Assembly (NCBI GenBank): GCA_031272805.1
Contig: JAISTC010000029.1
Span: 1-58,969, forward strand
DNA: 58,969 nt
From: Propionibacteriaceae bacterium
GTDB lineage: Bacteria; Actinomycetota; Actinomycetes; Propionibacteriales; Propionibacteriaceae
Direction of reading: 5' to 3'
Shown in pieces: positions 8,430 to 17,593 of the stretch. The notes under the pieces are model-generated. The model ran no database searches, had not been told where the DNA came from, and worked only from the letters and a program-made list of their open reading frames with translations. Numbering within the stretch: position 1 is the stretch's first letter; every line of letters begins with the position of its first letter. The translations under genes were made by a program, and so were the position numbers.

Positions 8430-9776
8430 TCAGGCGAGGCTCAAACGGGCCTTGAGGACGCCCGCCAAGTGCTCGGCCACGCCCCGCGCCTCGGCCTCGG
8501 TCGGCGCCTCGACCATGACGCGGACGACCGGCTCGGTGCCGGACGGCCGGAGCAGGATGCGGCCGCGGCCGGCCAGGTCGCGCGTCGCCTGCTTGACGGC
8601 GGCGTTGAGATCCGGGTCGAGGTTGACGCGCGCCTTGTCGACGCCGGCCACGTTCAGCGTGACCTGGGGGACATGCTCCATGACCGCCGCGAGCTGGCGC
8701 AGCGTCTGCCCGGTGGCGGCGACGCGGGCGGCCAGGTGGAGGCCGGTCAGGACACCGTCGCCGGTCGTGGCGTACTCGGACAGGATGACGTGGCCCGACT
8801 GCTCCCCGCCCAAAGTAAAGTTGTTGGCGTTCATCGTCTCGAGGACGTAGCGGTCGCCGACCTTGGTCGTGTCGACGGCGATGCCGTGGGCCCGCATCGC
8901 CTGGATGAAGCCGAGGTTGCTCATGACCGTGGCCACGACCGTGTCCAGGTGGAGGCGGCCCTGCTCCTGCAGCGAGAGGGCGAGGATGGCGAGGATCTGG
9001 TCGCCGTCGACCAGCGCGCCCACATGGTCGACCGCCAGGCAGCGGTCGGCGTCGCCGTCGAACGCCAGGCCGAGGTCGGCGCCGGCGGCCACGACGGCCG
9101 CCTGGAGCGATTCGAGGTGGGTCGAGCCGCAGTCGAGGTTGATGTTGAGGCCGTCGGGGGTGTGGTGGATGGGGGTCACGCGGGCGCCCTGGCCCTCGAA
9201 CGCCGCCACGGCCGTGCGCGACGCGGCGCCGTTGGCCGTGTCGAGGACGATGTTGAGCCCGGCCAGCGAGTTGGGTTCGAGGGAGCCGATGAGGTGGGCG
9301 ATGTAGTCGTCGACGGCGCGGGGGTCGTCGCTGACGCGGCCGACGGCCGCGCCCACCGGCAGGGTCCAGTCGACGTGCAGTTCCTCCTCGATCAGGTCCT
9401 CGACGTCGTCGGGGAGCTTGACGCCGCCCCGCGCCAGGAACTTGATGCCGTTGTCGGGCATGGGGTTGTGGGAGGCGGACAGCATCACGCCCAAGTCGGT
9501 TTCCCGGTCCGCCACGAGCCACGCCAGCGCGGGAGTGGGGAGGACGCCGACGCGGACGACGTCCACGCCCGCCCCGGCCAGCCCCGCCGTGACGGCGGCT
9601 TCCAGGAATTCGCCGGAGGCCCGGGTGTCGCGCCCGACCACGGCGGTGAGGCGCCCGTGGGCGCCCGTGCCGAGGATGTGGGCCGCGGCGGTCGAGAGGT
9701 TGAGGGCCAACTCGGCCGTCAGCACCGGGCCGTTGGCGAGGCCACGCACTCCGTCCGTGCCGAACAGGCGCGCCAT
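8430..9776 (-). CDS. glmM: Phosphoglucosamine mutase
   Basis: The start [12 protein letters not shown], the active-site SASHNP motif, and 448 aa. Confidence 0.97.
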   Translation of the reverse strand: MARLFGTDGVRGLANGPVLTAELALNLSTAAAHILGTGAHGRLTAVVGRDTRASGEFLEAAVTAGLAGAGVDVVRVGVLPTPALAWLVADRETDLGVMLSASHNPMPDNGIKFLARGGVKLPDDVEDLIEEELHVDWTLPVGAAVGRVSDDPRAVDDYIAHLIGSLEPNSLAGLNIVLDTANGAASRTAVAAFEGQGARVTPIHHTPDGLNINLDCGSTHLESLQAAVVAAGADLGLAFDGDADRCLAVDHVGALVDGDQILAILALSLQEQGRLHLDTVVATVMSNLGFIQAMRAHGIAVDTTKVGDRYVLETMNANNFTLGGEQSGHVILSEYATTGDGVLTGLHLAARVAATGQTLRQLAAVMEHVPQVTLNVAGVDKARVNLDPDLNAAVKQATRDLAGRGRILLRPSGTEPVVRVMVEAPTEAEARGVAEHLAGVLKARLSLA

Positions 9777-9786
9777 GGCCGGCCGG

Positions 9787-10326
9787 TTAACGCTTCGAGT
9801 ACTGCGGAGCCTTGCGGGCCTTCTTGAGGCCGGCCTTCTTGCGCTCCTTGACGCGGGCGTCGCGGGTCAGCATGCCGGCCTTCTTGAGGACGCCGCGCGA
9901 CGCCTCCTGGTCGGCCGCGTTGAGGGCGCGGGCGATGCCGAGGCGGAGGGCGCCGGCCTGGCCGGTCACGCCGCCGCCGGTGATGCGCGCCACGACGTCG
10001 TAGGAGCCGAGGACGGCCGCCGCTTCGAACGGCTCCTTGATCTCCTGCTGGTGGAGCTTGTTCGGGAAGTAGTCCTCGAGGGTCCGGCCGTTGATCTTCC
10101 ACTGGCCCGTCCCCGGCGCCAGGCGGACGCGGGCGATGGCCTCCTTGCGGCGGCCCGTCCCGTAGGAGTTCTGGACCACGGCGGGACGGCCGGCCGGCAG
10201 GACCACGCTCGGCTGGGCTTCGGAACGGTAGGCGATCTCGCGCTCGTTCTCGTCGACGAAGGAGAAGTCCTTCTCGGGGGCCTCGGCGGCCTCGGTCGCG
10301 GCGACCTCAGTGTCGGAAACTGGCAT
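9787..10326 (-). CDS. rpsI: 30S ribosomal protein S9 (with an acidic N-terminal extension)
   Basis: ...[14 protein letters not shown]...[10 protein letters not shown]...[12 protein letters not shown]. Confidence 0.95.
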   Translation of the reverse strand: MPVSDTEVAATEAAEAPEKDFSFVDENEREIAYRSEAQPSVVLPAGRPAVVQNSYGTGRRKEAIARVRLAPGTGQWKINGRTLEDYFPNKLHQQEIKEPFEAAAVLGSYDVVARITGGGVTGQAGALRLGIARALNAADQEASRGVLKKAGMLTRDARVKERKKAGLKKARKAPQYSKR

Positions 10327-10339
10327 TCCTTCTTACTTC

Positions 10340-10795
10340 CTACTGGGAAACCTGGGTGATGGTGTACGGCTGGGGCTTCTGGGCCTCGTGCGGGTGCTCC
10401 GGGCCGGCGTAGACCTTGAGCTTGCCCAAGAGCTGGCGGGAGAGCTTGTTCTTCGGCAGCATCCCCCAGACCGCCCGCTCGACCGCCTTGCGCGGGTCCG
10501 TGGCGAGGAGAGAGCCGTAGGAGACCTGACGGAGGCCGCCCGGATAACCGGAGTGGCGCGTGGCCAGCTTGTCGGTCCGCTTCTTGCCGGTCAGCGCGAT
10601 CTTGCCGGCGTTGACGACGACGACGAAGTCGCCCGTGTCCACGTGGGGCGCGAACGTCGGCTTGTGCTTACCGCGCAGCAGGGTGGCGACAGTGACGGCG
10701 AGGCGTCCCAACACGACGTTCTCGGCGTCGATGACATGCCAATTCCGGGCAACTTCCCCCGGCTTCGGGCTGTAGGTAGACACGACCTCGACCAT
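10340..10795 (-). CDS. rplM: 50S ribosomal protein L13
   Basis: ...[28 protein letters not shown]... The ATG at 10795 abuts AAGGAAG. The in-frame GTG four codons downstream (10783) is an alternative start. Confidence 0.93.
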   Translation of the reverse strand: MVEVVSTYSPKPGEVARNWHVIDAENVVLGRLAVTVATLLRGKHKPTFAPHVDTGDFVVVVNAGKIALTGKKRTDKLATRHSGYPGGLRQVSYGSLLATDPRKAVERAVWGMLPKNKLSRQLLGKLKVYAGPEHPHEAQKPQPYTITQVSQ

Positions 10796-10880
10796 CTTCC
10801 TTATGTCTGATATCCATGGTGTTGACCCCGGGACATAGTCCAGCGCCGCGAGCCGCGACCGCGGGGCGCAACAGCGCGCT

Positions 10881-10909
10881 ACTCTACCTGCCCCGTGGGC
10901 ACGGGTCAA
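10881..10909 (-). promoter_or_regulatory. Candidate SigA-type promoter of rplM-rpsI-glmM (TTGACC-N17-TAGAGT)
   Basis: On the minus strand the read is TTGACC (10909-10904), an exact 17-nt spacer, then TAGAGT (10886-10881), about 85 nt upstream of the rplM start. Confidence 0.5.
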
Positions 10910-11068
10910 AAGCATGACATAGGTGAGGCGGAGGTGTCTGATGCCGCGGCCTTGGCGAGGAACGAGCCCGGGCGGCGGCGTCAGATACCACGGCCTGCGT
11001 GACATTGGGGACGGTTCCTTTGTCACACGCTCATGCCGTTGGTCAGGCCGACGTGTCCGCGGTCGGCC

Positions 11069-14000
11069 CTAGCCGCGCTTGCGCCGCTTCGCGCCGATCA
11101 CGATGGCGGAGCCGCCCAGCGCGATCGCGGCGATGGCCACGAGGACCATGTAGCCGCTGACGTCCGCGCCGGTGCCGGCCAGGGTGCCGGACGACGTGAC
11201 GGTGAACGCCTTCTCTGCGGAGCCGGACTGGGCGCCCGTCAGGACGACCTTGTGGCTGCCGACGGCGAAGTCGGCGGGCAGCGTGAACGTGAATGTCACC
11301 TTGCCGTCCGAGTTGGCCGCGACCGTGCCGAGGTTGATCGGGTCGGAGTACACCGTGCCGGTGACGAGCTCGGCCGGCAGGAAGCCGGCGCCCGTCACGG
11401 TCAGCGTCCGGCCGCTCGCCGTGATCGACACGGTCGGCGCGGGCCGGGCGGAGGCGGACGGCGCGGCGCTCGTGGCCGCGCCCGAGGGCACGGTCGAGGG
11501 CGCGGCCGACGCGGCCGCCGAGGCGCTGGGCGACGGCGCGGCCGAGCCACCGGGGCCGGTGATGTACAGGGCGATGGAGTCGGCCGGGGATTCGTTGCCG
11601 GCCAGGTCACGCTGGAAGACCGCGATCGTGTGCGAGCCGACGCTCAGCGGCGTCGTGACGTCGCAGGTCCAGGCGCCTTCGGCCTTGACGGCGGTCCGGC
11701 ACAGCTCGTGGCCGTTCTCATCGGTCACGACGACCGTCGCGCCCGACTGGCCGCCGGTTCCGGCGATGGTCGGGGTCGTGTCGTCGGTCGAGGAGCCGGG
11801 GGCGGGCGACGTGATGGTCGGCTTGCCGGGCTTGCCGGGGGCGACGCTGGCCGACGCGCTCGGGCTCGGCGTGGCCGTGGCCGGCGCGGCCGACACGCCC
11901 GCGGAGGGGCCCGCCGAGGTCCCGGCCGAGGGCCCCGCCGAGGCCGGGGCGGACGGTCCGGCCGAGGTCCCGGCCGACGGCACGACGCTCGGCGCGGCGC
12001 TGGGCGAGGCCGTCGGCAGCGGCAGGTTGCATTCCTGCGCGATCTGGACGAGGAAGTCGGCCATGGCGGCAGCCGCCGCTTCCTGGCGCGGGGCCAGGGT
12101 CGCGATGAGGGCCGGGTCGCCGGACTTGACGGCTTCCTGGAAGTCCCCGTAGAACGACACGACGATCCCCAGCGGCGTCGCCACGTTGGCCGGCGGGTTG
12201 GCCGACTGGACGGTCTTGAGGCTCGTCACGAGCTGGTCGAGGGCCGCGGCCGTGTCCGAGACGCTGGCCGCCGCGTTGAGCGCCTTGAACGCCTTGTCGA
12301 TCGCCGTGACCTGCTCGAAGAACACTGGGCACAGCGGGCCGGACGTCGGGCTGGCGGACGGCGTGGCCGAGGTGGCCGGGCCGGCCGTCGGGCTGGGCGA
12401 CGGTGTGACCGAGGGCATGACCGAGGTCACGGGACCGGCAGACGGCTTGGCTGAGGTTGCCGGGGCCACCGACGGCTTCACGGACGTCGCGGGGGCAGCG
12501 GACGTCGCCGGAGCGGCCGATGTGGCGGGCGCAGCCGACGAGGCAGGAGCCGCCGACGTCGCAGGAGCAGCGGACGTAGCCGGAGCCGCCGACGTCGCAG
12601 GAGCAGCCGACGAGGCAGGAGCCGCCGACGTCGCCGGAGCAGCCGACGTCGCCGGAGCAGCCGACGTCGCCGGAGCAGCCGACGTCGCAGGAGCAGCCGA
12701 CGTCGCAGGAGCAGCCGACGAGGCCGGAGCAGCCGACGAGGCCGGAGCAGCCGACGAGGCCGGAGCAGCCGACGTCGCCGGAGCCGCCGACGAGGCGGGC
12801 GCAGCCGACGTCGCAGGAGCGGCCGACGTGGCGGGCGCAGCCGACGTCGCAGGAGCCGCGGACGTCGCCGGAGCAGCGGACGTCGCCGGAGCAGCCGACG
12901 TCGCCGGAGCAGCCGACGTCGCGGCGCTGGCCGACACCGTCGGCAGCGGCAGGTTGCACTCGCCGGCCGTGGCGGTCAGGAACTCGGCCATCGCGGCCAT
13001 GGCGGCGGGCTGGCGGTCGGCCACCTGTTGGCCGAGTTCGTCGTCGTTGGTCACGAGCGCCGTGCGGAAGTCCGCGTAGAAGGCGATCACAGTGGCGAGC
13101 GGCGTCGCCACGGCGGCCGGCGGGTTCGTGGCCTGGATCTTCTCCAGGCTCGCCAGGAACGTGCCGAGCGTGGCGATGACCTCGTCGGTCGTGGTCGCGG
13201 CGTTCAACGCGTTGAGGGAGTCGGAGATGGCCTGGACCTGGCCCAGGAACACCGGGCAGAACCCGGCCGAGACGGTCGGAGTGGCACTCGGGGTGGGCGA
13301 CGACAACACCACCGGCGCCGGGCTCGGCGACGGCGACGGACTCGGCGACGACAACACCACCGGCGCCGGGCTCGGCGACGGCGACGGACTCGGCGACGAC
13401 GACACCACCGGCGAAGGACTCGGGCTCGGCGACACCACCGGACTCGGGCTCGGCGACGGCGACGTCACCGGGCTGGGGCTCGGGCTGGGCGACGTCACGG
13501 GTGACGGACTCGGGCTCGGCGAGACAACCGGCGACGGGCTGGGGCTCGGCGACACGACCGGACTCGGGCTCGGCGACGGCGACGTCACCGGGCTGGGGCT
13601 CGGGCTCGGGGAGACAACTGGGCTCGGGCTCGGGCTGGGCGACACGACCGGCGACGGGCTCGGCGACGGAGACGTCACCGGAGAGGGGCTCGGGCTGGGC
13701 GACGTCACGGGCGACGGGCTGGGGCTCGGCGACACGACCGGGCTGGGGCTCGGCGACGGCGACACGACCGGCGAGGGGCTCGGACTCGGCGAGACCACGG
13801 GCGACGGGCTCGGCGACGGCGACGTCACGGGGCTGGGGCTCGGGCTCGGGGAGACAACCGGGCTGGGGCTCGGCGACGGCGACACGACCGGCGACGGGCT
13901 CGGCGACGGCGACGTCACGGGGCTGGGGCTCGGGCTCGGGGAGACAACCGGGCTCGGGCTCGGCGACGGCGACACGACCGGCGACGGGCTCGGACTGGGC

Positions 14001-15877
14001 GACACCACGGGCGATGGGCTCGGGCTGGGCGACGGCGACGCCGACGACAAGGCCCAGCCGCACTCCTCGGCCGCGCGATCCGCCAACTCGGTCTGGGCCT
14101 CGGCGACGGCATCGGATTCCCCGGCGAGGGCAAGGATCGCGTTCAGGTCGTTGTTCTCGTAGGCCGTCTTCATCCGGCTGAAGTAGTCGATCAGGTAGTC
14201 GAGTGGCTCCTCCACGCTGGCGGGTGGATTCGTCGCCTTGATCTGCTCGAACGACGCCAGAACCTGAGGCATGGCAGCCAGGACATCCGCGACGTTCCCG
14301 GAGCTATTGGCGGCCTCGAGGGCATTGGCGAGGTCGACCATGATCGGCTGGAACTCGTCGCAGAAAGCCCCGGGCGCCGGGGTGATGTCCCCCGTGGCGC
14401 TGACCAGGACGTCCACGGTCGTGGAGACGGTCTGCGTCTCGCCGTCGTCGCACTCGAGGGTCGCGCTGATAGTGACGGCTGCCGTGCCCTCGGCCACGCC
14501 CGTGACCACCCCGGCCTCGTCGACCGTGGCAATCGTTTCATCGTCGGAGGCGTACTCGTACGTCACGGTCACGCTGGACGGCAGGCCGGCCACGCTGGGA
14601 TGCAGCGTCGTCGTCGCGCCGATGACGGCGGTGGCATCGGCGGCCGTCACCGCGTAGGTCGCCGCGGTGTCCGTCACGTCGGTCGCGACCAGGTTGTTGA
14701 TCGAGCCGGGGTCGAAGGTCCGGGTCACGCTGAACGTCGCCGGGACGGCTTCCAGCCCGTCCCGCCACTCGTCGGAGTGGGCCTGGGCGAACGCCGCGAG
14801 GCTCTGCGTCAGCGCGGTCACGCCGGCCGTCCCGTAGGGCGTCACGGCGATGACGCCCTGGCCCTGCTCGAGGTTGAAGTCGGCGAAGAAGGCGTCGTAG
14901 TCGGCCGCGAGCGCGGTCGCCGCGGGCTGGAAGGCGCCGGCCTTCTGCGCCTGGGCGTTAAAGGCGTCGAGGGCCTCGGTCTCGAGGTCGAGCCCGTCGA
15001 GTTCGTCGGCGGTGTCGGACCCCTCGAGGGCCGCCGCCACGGCGGCGCTGACGAACTTGGTCCAGTCGAGCGAGGCGATGTCGGACGTCACGGTCGCAGT
15101 CCCGGAGAGGTCCTTCAGCCAGCCCTGGGCGGCGACCTTGGCCAGGTCGACCGTCGCCTCCTCGCCGTTGGTCAGGGAGTCGAAGGCATAGCCGAACGTG
15201 TAGTCGAACTCGGCGTCGTAGGACCACGTGGCCGCCTGGGCAAAGCCCGAGTACGCCTCGGCCAGCCGCGCGGCCGCCTTGGCGGCGAGTTCGTCGGCGT
15301 GCTCGTTGACGTAGTCGAGGAAGTTGTCCTCCAGCAGCGGCAGGATCTGGGCGTCCTTGGCGGGGTCGTTGCCGGCGTCGGGGGTGACGGTGGCCGTGTC
15401 GAAGTGGGCCACATACGTCCCCGTGTAGCCGTTGGCCGTGATCTGGAGCGTCAGCGGCGGCAGGAGGAACTCGACGACGTCGGCGTCCTGGACGGGGGTG
15501 TCGGCCGCGCTGTAGGTCACGTCAGTGTCGGCGATCTCGACCGTCGCCGTGCCCGTGGCGTCGCCCACGGCCGCGCCGACCGTGACCTCGTCGAAGCAGC
15601 AATTCTCGACGGCGACCCGACCGGTCGCGGCGTCGACCGTGACATGGCTGGTCCCAGCGGGGGCGTAGGCCTCGCCGACCTTGTCGGGGTCGAGGCTCTG
15701 GGCCTGGATGGCGTCGGCGTTCTCGTCGGCCCACGCGCTGGGCTCCCACTCGTCCATGCTTCCCACGAGGACCGCGCCGAGCGGGCCCTCCTCGACGGCG
15801 TTGGCCGGGCTCGGGGCCACGGCCAGGAGCCCGATGACGAGCGTCCCGGCCAGAGCGGCCATCCAGGGCTTGCGCAT
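11069..15877 (-). CDS. LAxTG-anchored cell-surface protein, 1602 aa
   Basis: Signal peptide MRKPWMAALAGTLVIGLLAVAPSPANA. A Big_2-like Ig domain (...VTYEYASDDETIATVDEAGVVTGVAEGTAAVTISA). Three roughly 105-aa Cys-bracketed helical modules separated by low-complexity repeats, then two further Ig-like domains. The C-terminus is LAGTG plus a hydrophobic helix plus KRRKRG, a class E sortase-type sorting signal. Confidence 0.85.
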   Translation of the reverse strand: MRKPWMAALAGTLVIGLLAVAPSPANAVEEGPLGAVLVGSMDEWEPSAWADENADAIQAQSLDPDKVGEAYAPAGTSHVTVDAATGRVAVENCCFDEVTVGAAVGDATGTATVEIADTDVTYSAADTPVQDADVVEFLLPPLTLQITANGYTGTYVAHFDTATVTPDAGNDPAKDAQILPLLEDNFLDYVNEHADELAAKAAARLAEAYSGFAQAATWSYDAEFDYTFGYAFDSLTNGEEATVDLAKVAAQGWLKDLSGTATVTSDIASLDWTKFVSAAVAAALEGSDTADELDGLDLETEALDAFNAQAQKAGAFQPAATALAADYDAFFADFNLEQGQGVIAVTPYGTAGVTALTQSLAAFAQAHSDEWRDGLEAVPATFSVTRTFDPGSINNLVATDVTDTAATYAVTAADATAVIGATTTLHPSVAGLPSSVTVTYEYASDDETIATVDEAGVVTGVAEGTAAVTISATLECDDGETQTVSTTVDVLVSATGDITPAPGAFCDEFQPIMVDLANALEAANSSGNVADVLAAMPQVLASFEQIKATNPPASVEEPLDYLIDYFSRMKTAYENNDLNAILALAGESDAVAEAQTELADRAAEECGWALSSASPSPSPSPSPVVSPSPSPSPVVSPSPSPSPVVSPSPSPSPVTSPSPSPSPVVSPSPSPSPVVSPSPSPSPVTSPSPSPSPVVSPSPSPSPVVSPSPSPSPVVSPSPSPSPVTSPSPSPSPVTSPSPSPSPVVSPSPSPSPVVSPSPSPSPVTSPSPSPSPVVSPSPSPSPVVSPSPSPSPVTSPSPSPSPVTSPSPSPSPVVSPSPSPSPVVSSSPSPSPSPSPAPVVLSSPSPSPSPSPAPVVLSSPTPSATPTVSAGFCPVFLGQVQAISDSLNALNAATTTDEVIATLGTFLASLEKIQATNPPAAVATPLATVIAFYADFRTALVTNDDELGQQVADRQPAAMAAMAEFLTATAGECNLPLPTVSASAATSAAPATSAAPATSAAPATSAAPATSAAPATSAAPATSAAPASSAAPATSAAPASSAAPASSAAPASSAAPATSAAPATSAAPATSAAPATSAAPATSAAPASSAAPATSAAPATSAAPATSAAPASSAAPATSAAPATSAAPATSVKPSVAPATSAKPSAGPVTSVMPSVTPSPSPTAGPATSATPSASPTSGPLCPVFFEQVTAIDKAFKALNAAASVSDTAAALDQLVTSLKTVQSANPPANVATPLGIVVSFYGDFQEAVKSGDPALIATLAPRQEAAAAAMADFLVQIAQECNLPLPTASPSAAPSVVPSAGTSAGPSAPASAGPSAGTSAGPSAGVSAAPATATPSPSASASVAPGKPGKPTITSPAPGSSTDDTTPTIAGTGGQSGATVVVTDENGHELCRTAVKAEGAWTCDVTTPLSVGSHTIAVFQRDLAGNESPADSIALYITGPGGSAAPSPSASAAASAAPSTVPSGAATSAAPSASARPAPTVSITASGRTLTVTGAGFLPAELVTGTVYSDPINLGTVAANSDGKVTFTFTLPADFAVGSHKVVLTGAQSGSAEKAFTVTSSGTLAGTGADVSGYMVLVAIAAIALGGSAIVIGAKRRKRG
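12478..12930 (-). repeat. In-frame 18-bp tandem repeat (about 25 copies) encoding (SAAPAT/SAAPAS)n
   Basis: GCCGACGTCGCCGGAGCA-type units are read directly. They lie inside the surface-protein CDS. Confidence 0.9.
13285..14050 (-). repeat. In-frame 30-bp tandem repeat (about 24 copies) encoding (SPSPSPSPVV/T)n
   Basis: Periodic GGCGACGGCGACGTCACCGGGCTGGGGCTC-type units, inside the surface-protein CDS. Confidence 0.9.
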
Positions 15878-15950
15878 GTCGCACCGCTTTCTCAAGGTTC
15901 CCTGTTTCGAGGCGCACCTGGCGCCGCAGAATCCAGGTGGTTCCGCTGGG

Positions 15951-15979
15951 AGTCTAGTGCCCCGGCGCGGCGCCGTGAA
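15951..15979 (-). promoter_or_regulatory. Weak candidate promoter for the surface-protein gene (TTCACG-N17-TAGACT)
   Basis: Hexamers read on the minus strand about 75 nt upstream of ATG 15877. The -35 match is only 4/6. Confidence 0.3.
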
Positions 15980-16210
15980 AGCCGCGTCACAATTTCGGTC
16001 AAACAACTTGTCAGGCGGTGGTCCACACGGGCCGCCAGAGGCTGGCAACGGGCTCGAAAACAGGCCGGAAACGGGCTGGGCGCGGGTCAGAGGGCGCGGC
16101 CCGGGCCCGCAGACGGCAGTTGGCCCACGGATCTCTCCGTGGGCCAACCGAATGTCTGTGGGCGGGTTGCCGGCGGCGGAGGATCCGCCGCCCCGCCGGT
16201 GATGGGGGTC

Positions 16211-16235
16211 GGGGTGTCCCCCAGGCGGACACCCC
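16211..16235 (-). terminator. Stem-loop downstream of the small ORF (GGGGTGTCC-7 nt-GGACACCCC)
   Basis: Perfect 9-bp GC-rich stem 28 nt after the stop at 16264. A second hairpin GGCGGCGGA-GGA-TCCGCCGCC lies at 16172-16192. There is no U-tract on the minus strand. Confidence 0.35.
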
Positions 16236-16263
16236 CACTCTTGTTGCTAGGAGCTATATGACC

Positions 16264-16401
16264 TTACGAAGTCGGGATCAGAGGCGAGCTCGACCCGGAC
16301 AGCAGGCTGGACAAGAACTGAGTGACAACGGCCAGAATGGTCATCGCCAAGCCCGTGCCCCAAGCCCCCCACGAGAGGAGCCCTGTCAACCAACTGGGCA
16401 T
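16264..16401 (-). CDS. Unannotated 45-aa hydrophobic small protein (MPSWLTGLLSWGAWGTGLAMTILAVVTQFLSSLLSGSSSPLIPTS)
   Basis: Too short to be in the ORF track. The ATG at 16401 is preceded by GAAGGAAGGGGG with 8-nt spacing. It has one predicted TM helix and is followed by stem-loops. Confidence 0.4.
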   Translation of the reverse strand: MPSWLTGLLSWGAWGTGLAMTILAVVTQFLSSLLSGSSSPLIPTS

Positions 16402-16624
16402 ATGTGGCACCCCCTTCCTTCGGTTCTCCGGCGGTCGAGATCAGTTAATGGAGGCCCGACCGCGATTTGCTGGATTCACCACCCCGGTCGCCCGGGGAGG
16501 CTTACCGCGAGCCTAGCGTGACGACGCGCGTGACGGGGAGCCCTTCATCAAATCTTGACGAAACCCGACGTGTCGCCTGAAGCCCCGCTTGCCGCCCGGC
16601 CCCCAGCGCCGACGGCGGCCCCCG

Positions 16625-17593
16625 TCAGAAGCCCAGCCGGTTCAGCTTCTTCGCGTCGGTCTGCCACTCCTTCAGGACCTTGACGCGGAGGTCCAGGTAG
16701 ACCGGCGTGCCGAGCAGCCGCTCGATCTGGCGCCGCGCCGTCGAGCCGATGGCGCGCAGGCGGCTCGCCTTGGACCCGAGGATGATCGGCTTCTGGGAGT
16801 CACGCTCGACGACGATCGAGGCGAAGATGTCGAGCAGCGGCCGGTCGTCGGGCCGGCCCTCGCGGAGCCCCATCTCCTCGACCGTGACGGCGATGGAGTG
16901 GGGCAATTCGTCGTCGACCAGCTCGAGGCAGGCCTCGCGGATGAGCTCGGCCACGATGACGTCGGTCGGCTCGTCCGTGACGTCGTCGCCGGGGAAGTAG
17001 CGCGGTCCCGGCGGCAGCAGGGAGACGAGGACGTCGGCGACCTCGTCGACCTGGTCGCCGGTCAACGCCGAGACGGGCACGAGGTGGGCCCAGTCGACGC
17101 CCAGCTCGGCGCCCACTTTCTGGAGGGTCACGAGGTGGTCGCGCAGGCGCGCGGGCGAGACGAGGTCGGTCTTCGTCGCCAGCGCCACGCACCGGGTCGA
17201 CCCGCCCAGCTTGGCCAGCTCGCCCATGAGGTAGCGGTCGCCGGGGCCGACCCGCTGGTCCGTCGGGAAGCAGGCGGCGACGACGTCGACCTCGGCCAGC
17301 GTGTCGTGGACCAGGGCGTTGAGCCGCTCGCCGAGGAGGGTCCGGGGCCGGTGGAGGCCGGGCGTGTCGACCAGGACGAGCTGGGCGTCGGGCCGGTTGA
17401 CGAGGCCGCGGATGACGTGGCGGGTCGTCTGGGGGCGGTCGGAGGCGATGGCGACCTTGGCGCCGACCAGGGCGTTGACGAGGGTGGACTTGCCGGCGTT
17501 GGGCCGCCCGACGATCGACGCGAAGCCGGAGCGGAACTCCGGCGCCGCGGCACCGGGCGCGGGGCCGGGCCCCAGACCTGCGGGGCTACTCAC
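16625..17593 (-). CDS. era: GTPase Era
   Basis: G1 motif GRPNAGKSTL, DTPG, a KH domain at the C-terminus, and the operon context ybeY-CorC-era. Confidence 0.95.
   Translation of the reverse strand: MSSPAGLGPGPAPGAAAPEFRSGFASIVGRPNAGKSTLVNALVGAKVAIASDRPQTTRHVIRGLVNRPDAQLVLVDTPGLHRPRTLLGERLNALVHDTLAEVDVVAACFPTDQRVGPGDRYLMGELAKLGGSTRCVALATKTDLVSPARLRDHLVTLQKVGAELGVDWAHLVPVSALTGDQVDEVADVLVSLLPPGPRYFPGDDVTDEPTDVIVAELIREACLELVDDELPHSIAVTVEEMGLREGRPDDRPLLDIFASIVVERDSQKPIILGSKASRLRAIGSTARRQIERLLGTPVYLDLRVKVLKEWQTDAKKLNRLGF

Noticed and set aside
8329-9522. 397-aa minus-strand ORF and 8427..9827 plus-strand ORF overlapping glmM.
   Set aside because: These are off-frame or antisense to an unambiguous phosphoglucosamine mutase, and their composition is dominated by Arg/Pro/Gly.
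12478-14050. Tandem repeats as a non-coding satellite or alternative-frame genes (track ORFs 11718..14063, 12186..13079, 13092..14162, 13501..14181).
   Set aside because: The periods are 18 and 30 bp, both multiples of 3. The repeats sit inside one continuous frame that begins with a signal peptide and ends with an LAGTG sorting signal. The other frames are by-products of the repeats.
16402-16560. Possible cyclic-di-AMP (ydaO-type) riboswitch upstream of the small ORF. GGGGTGGTGAATCC, CCGAAGGAAGG and GCTAGGCTCGCGGTAAGCC resemble pieces of that motif.
   Set aside because: The pieces occur in the wrong order relative to the consensus as I remember it. I could not build the pseudo-symmetric pairing by eye. 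A cmscan is needed before any call.
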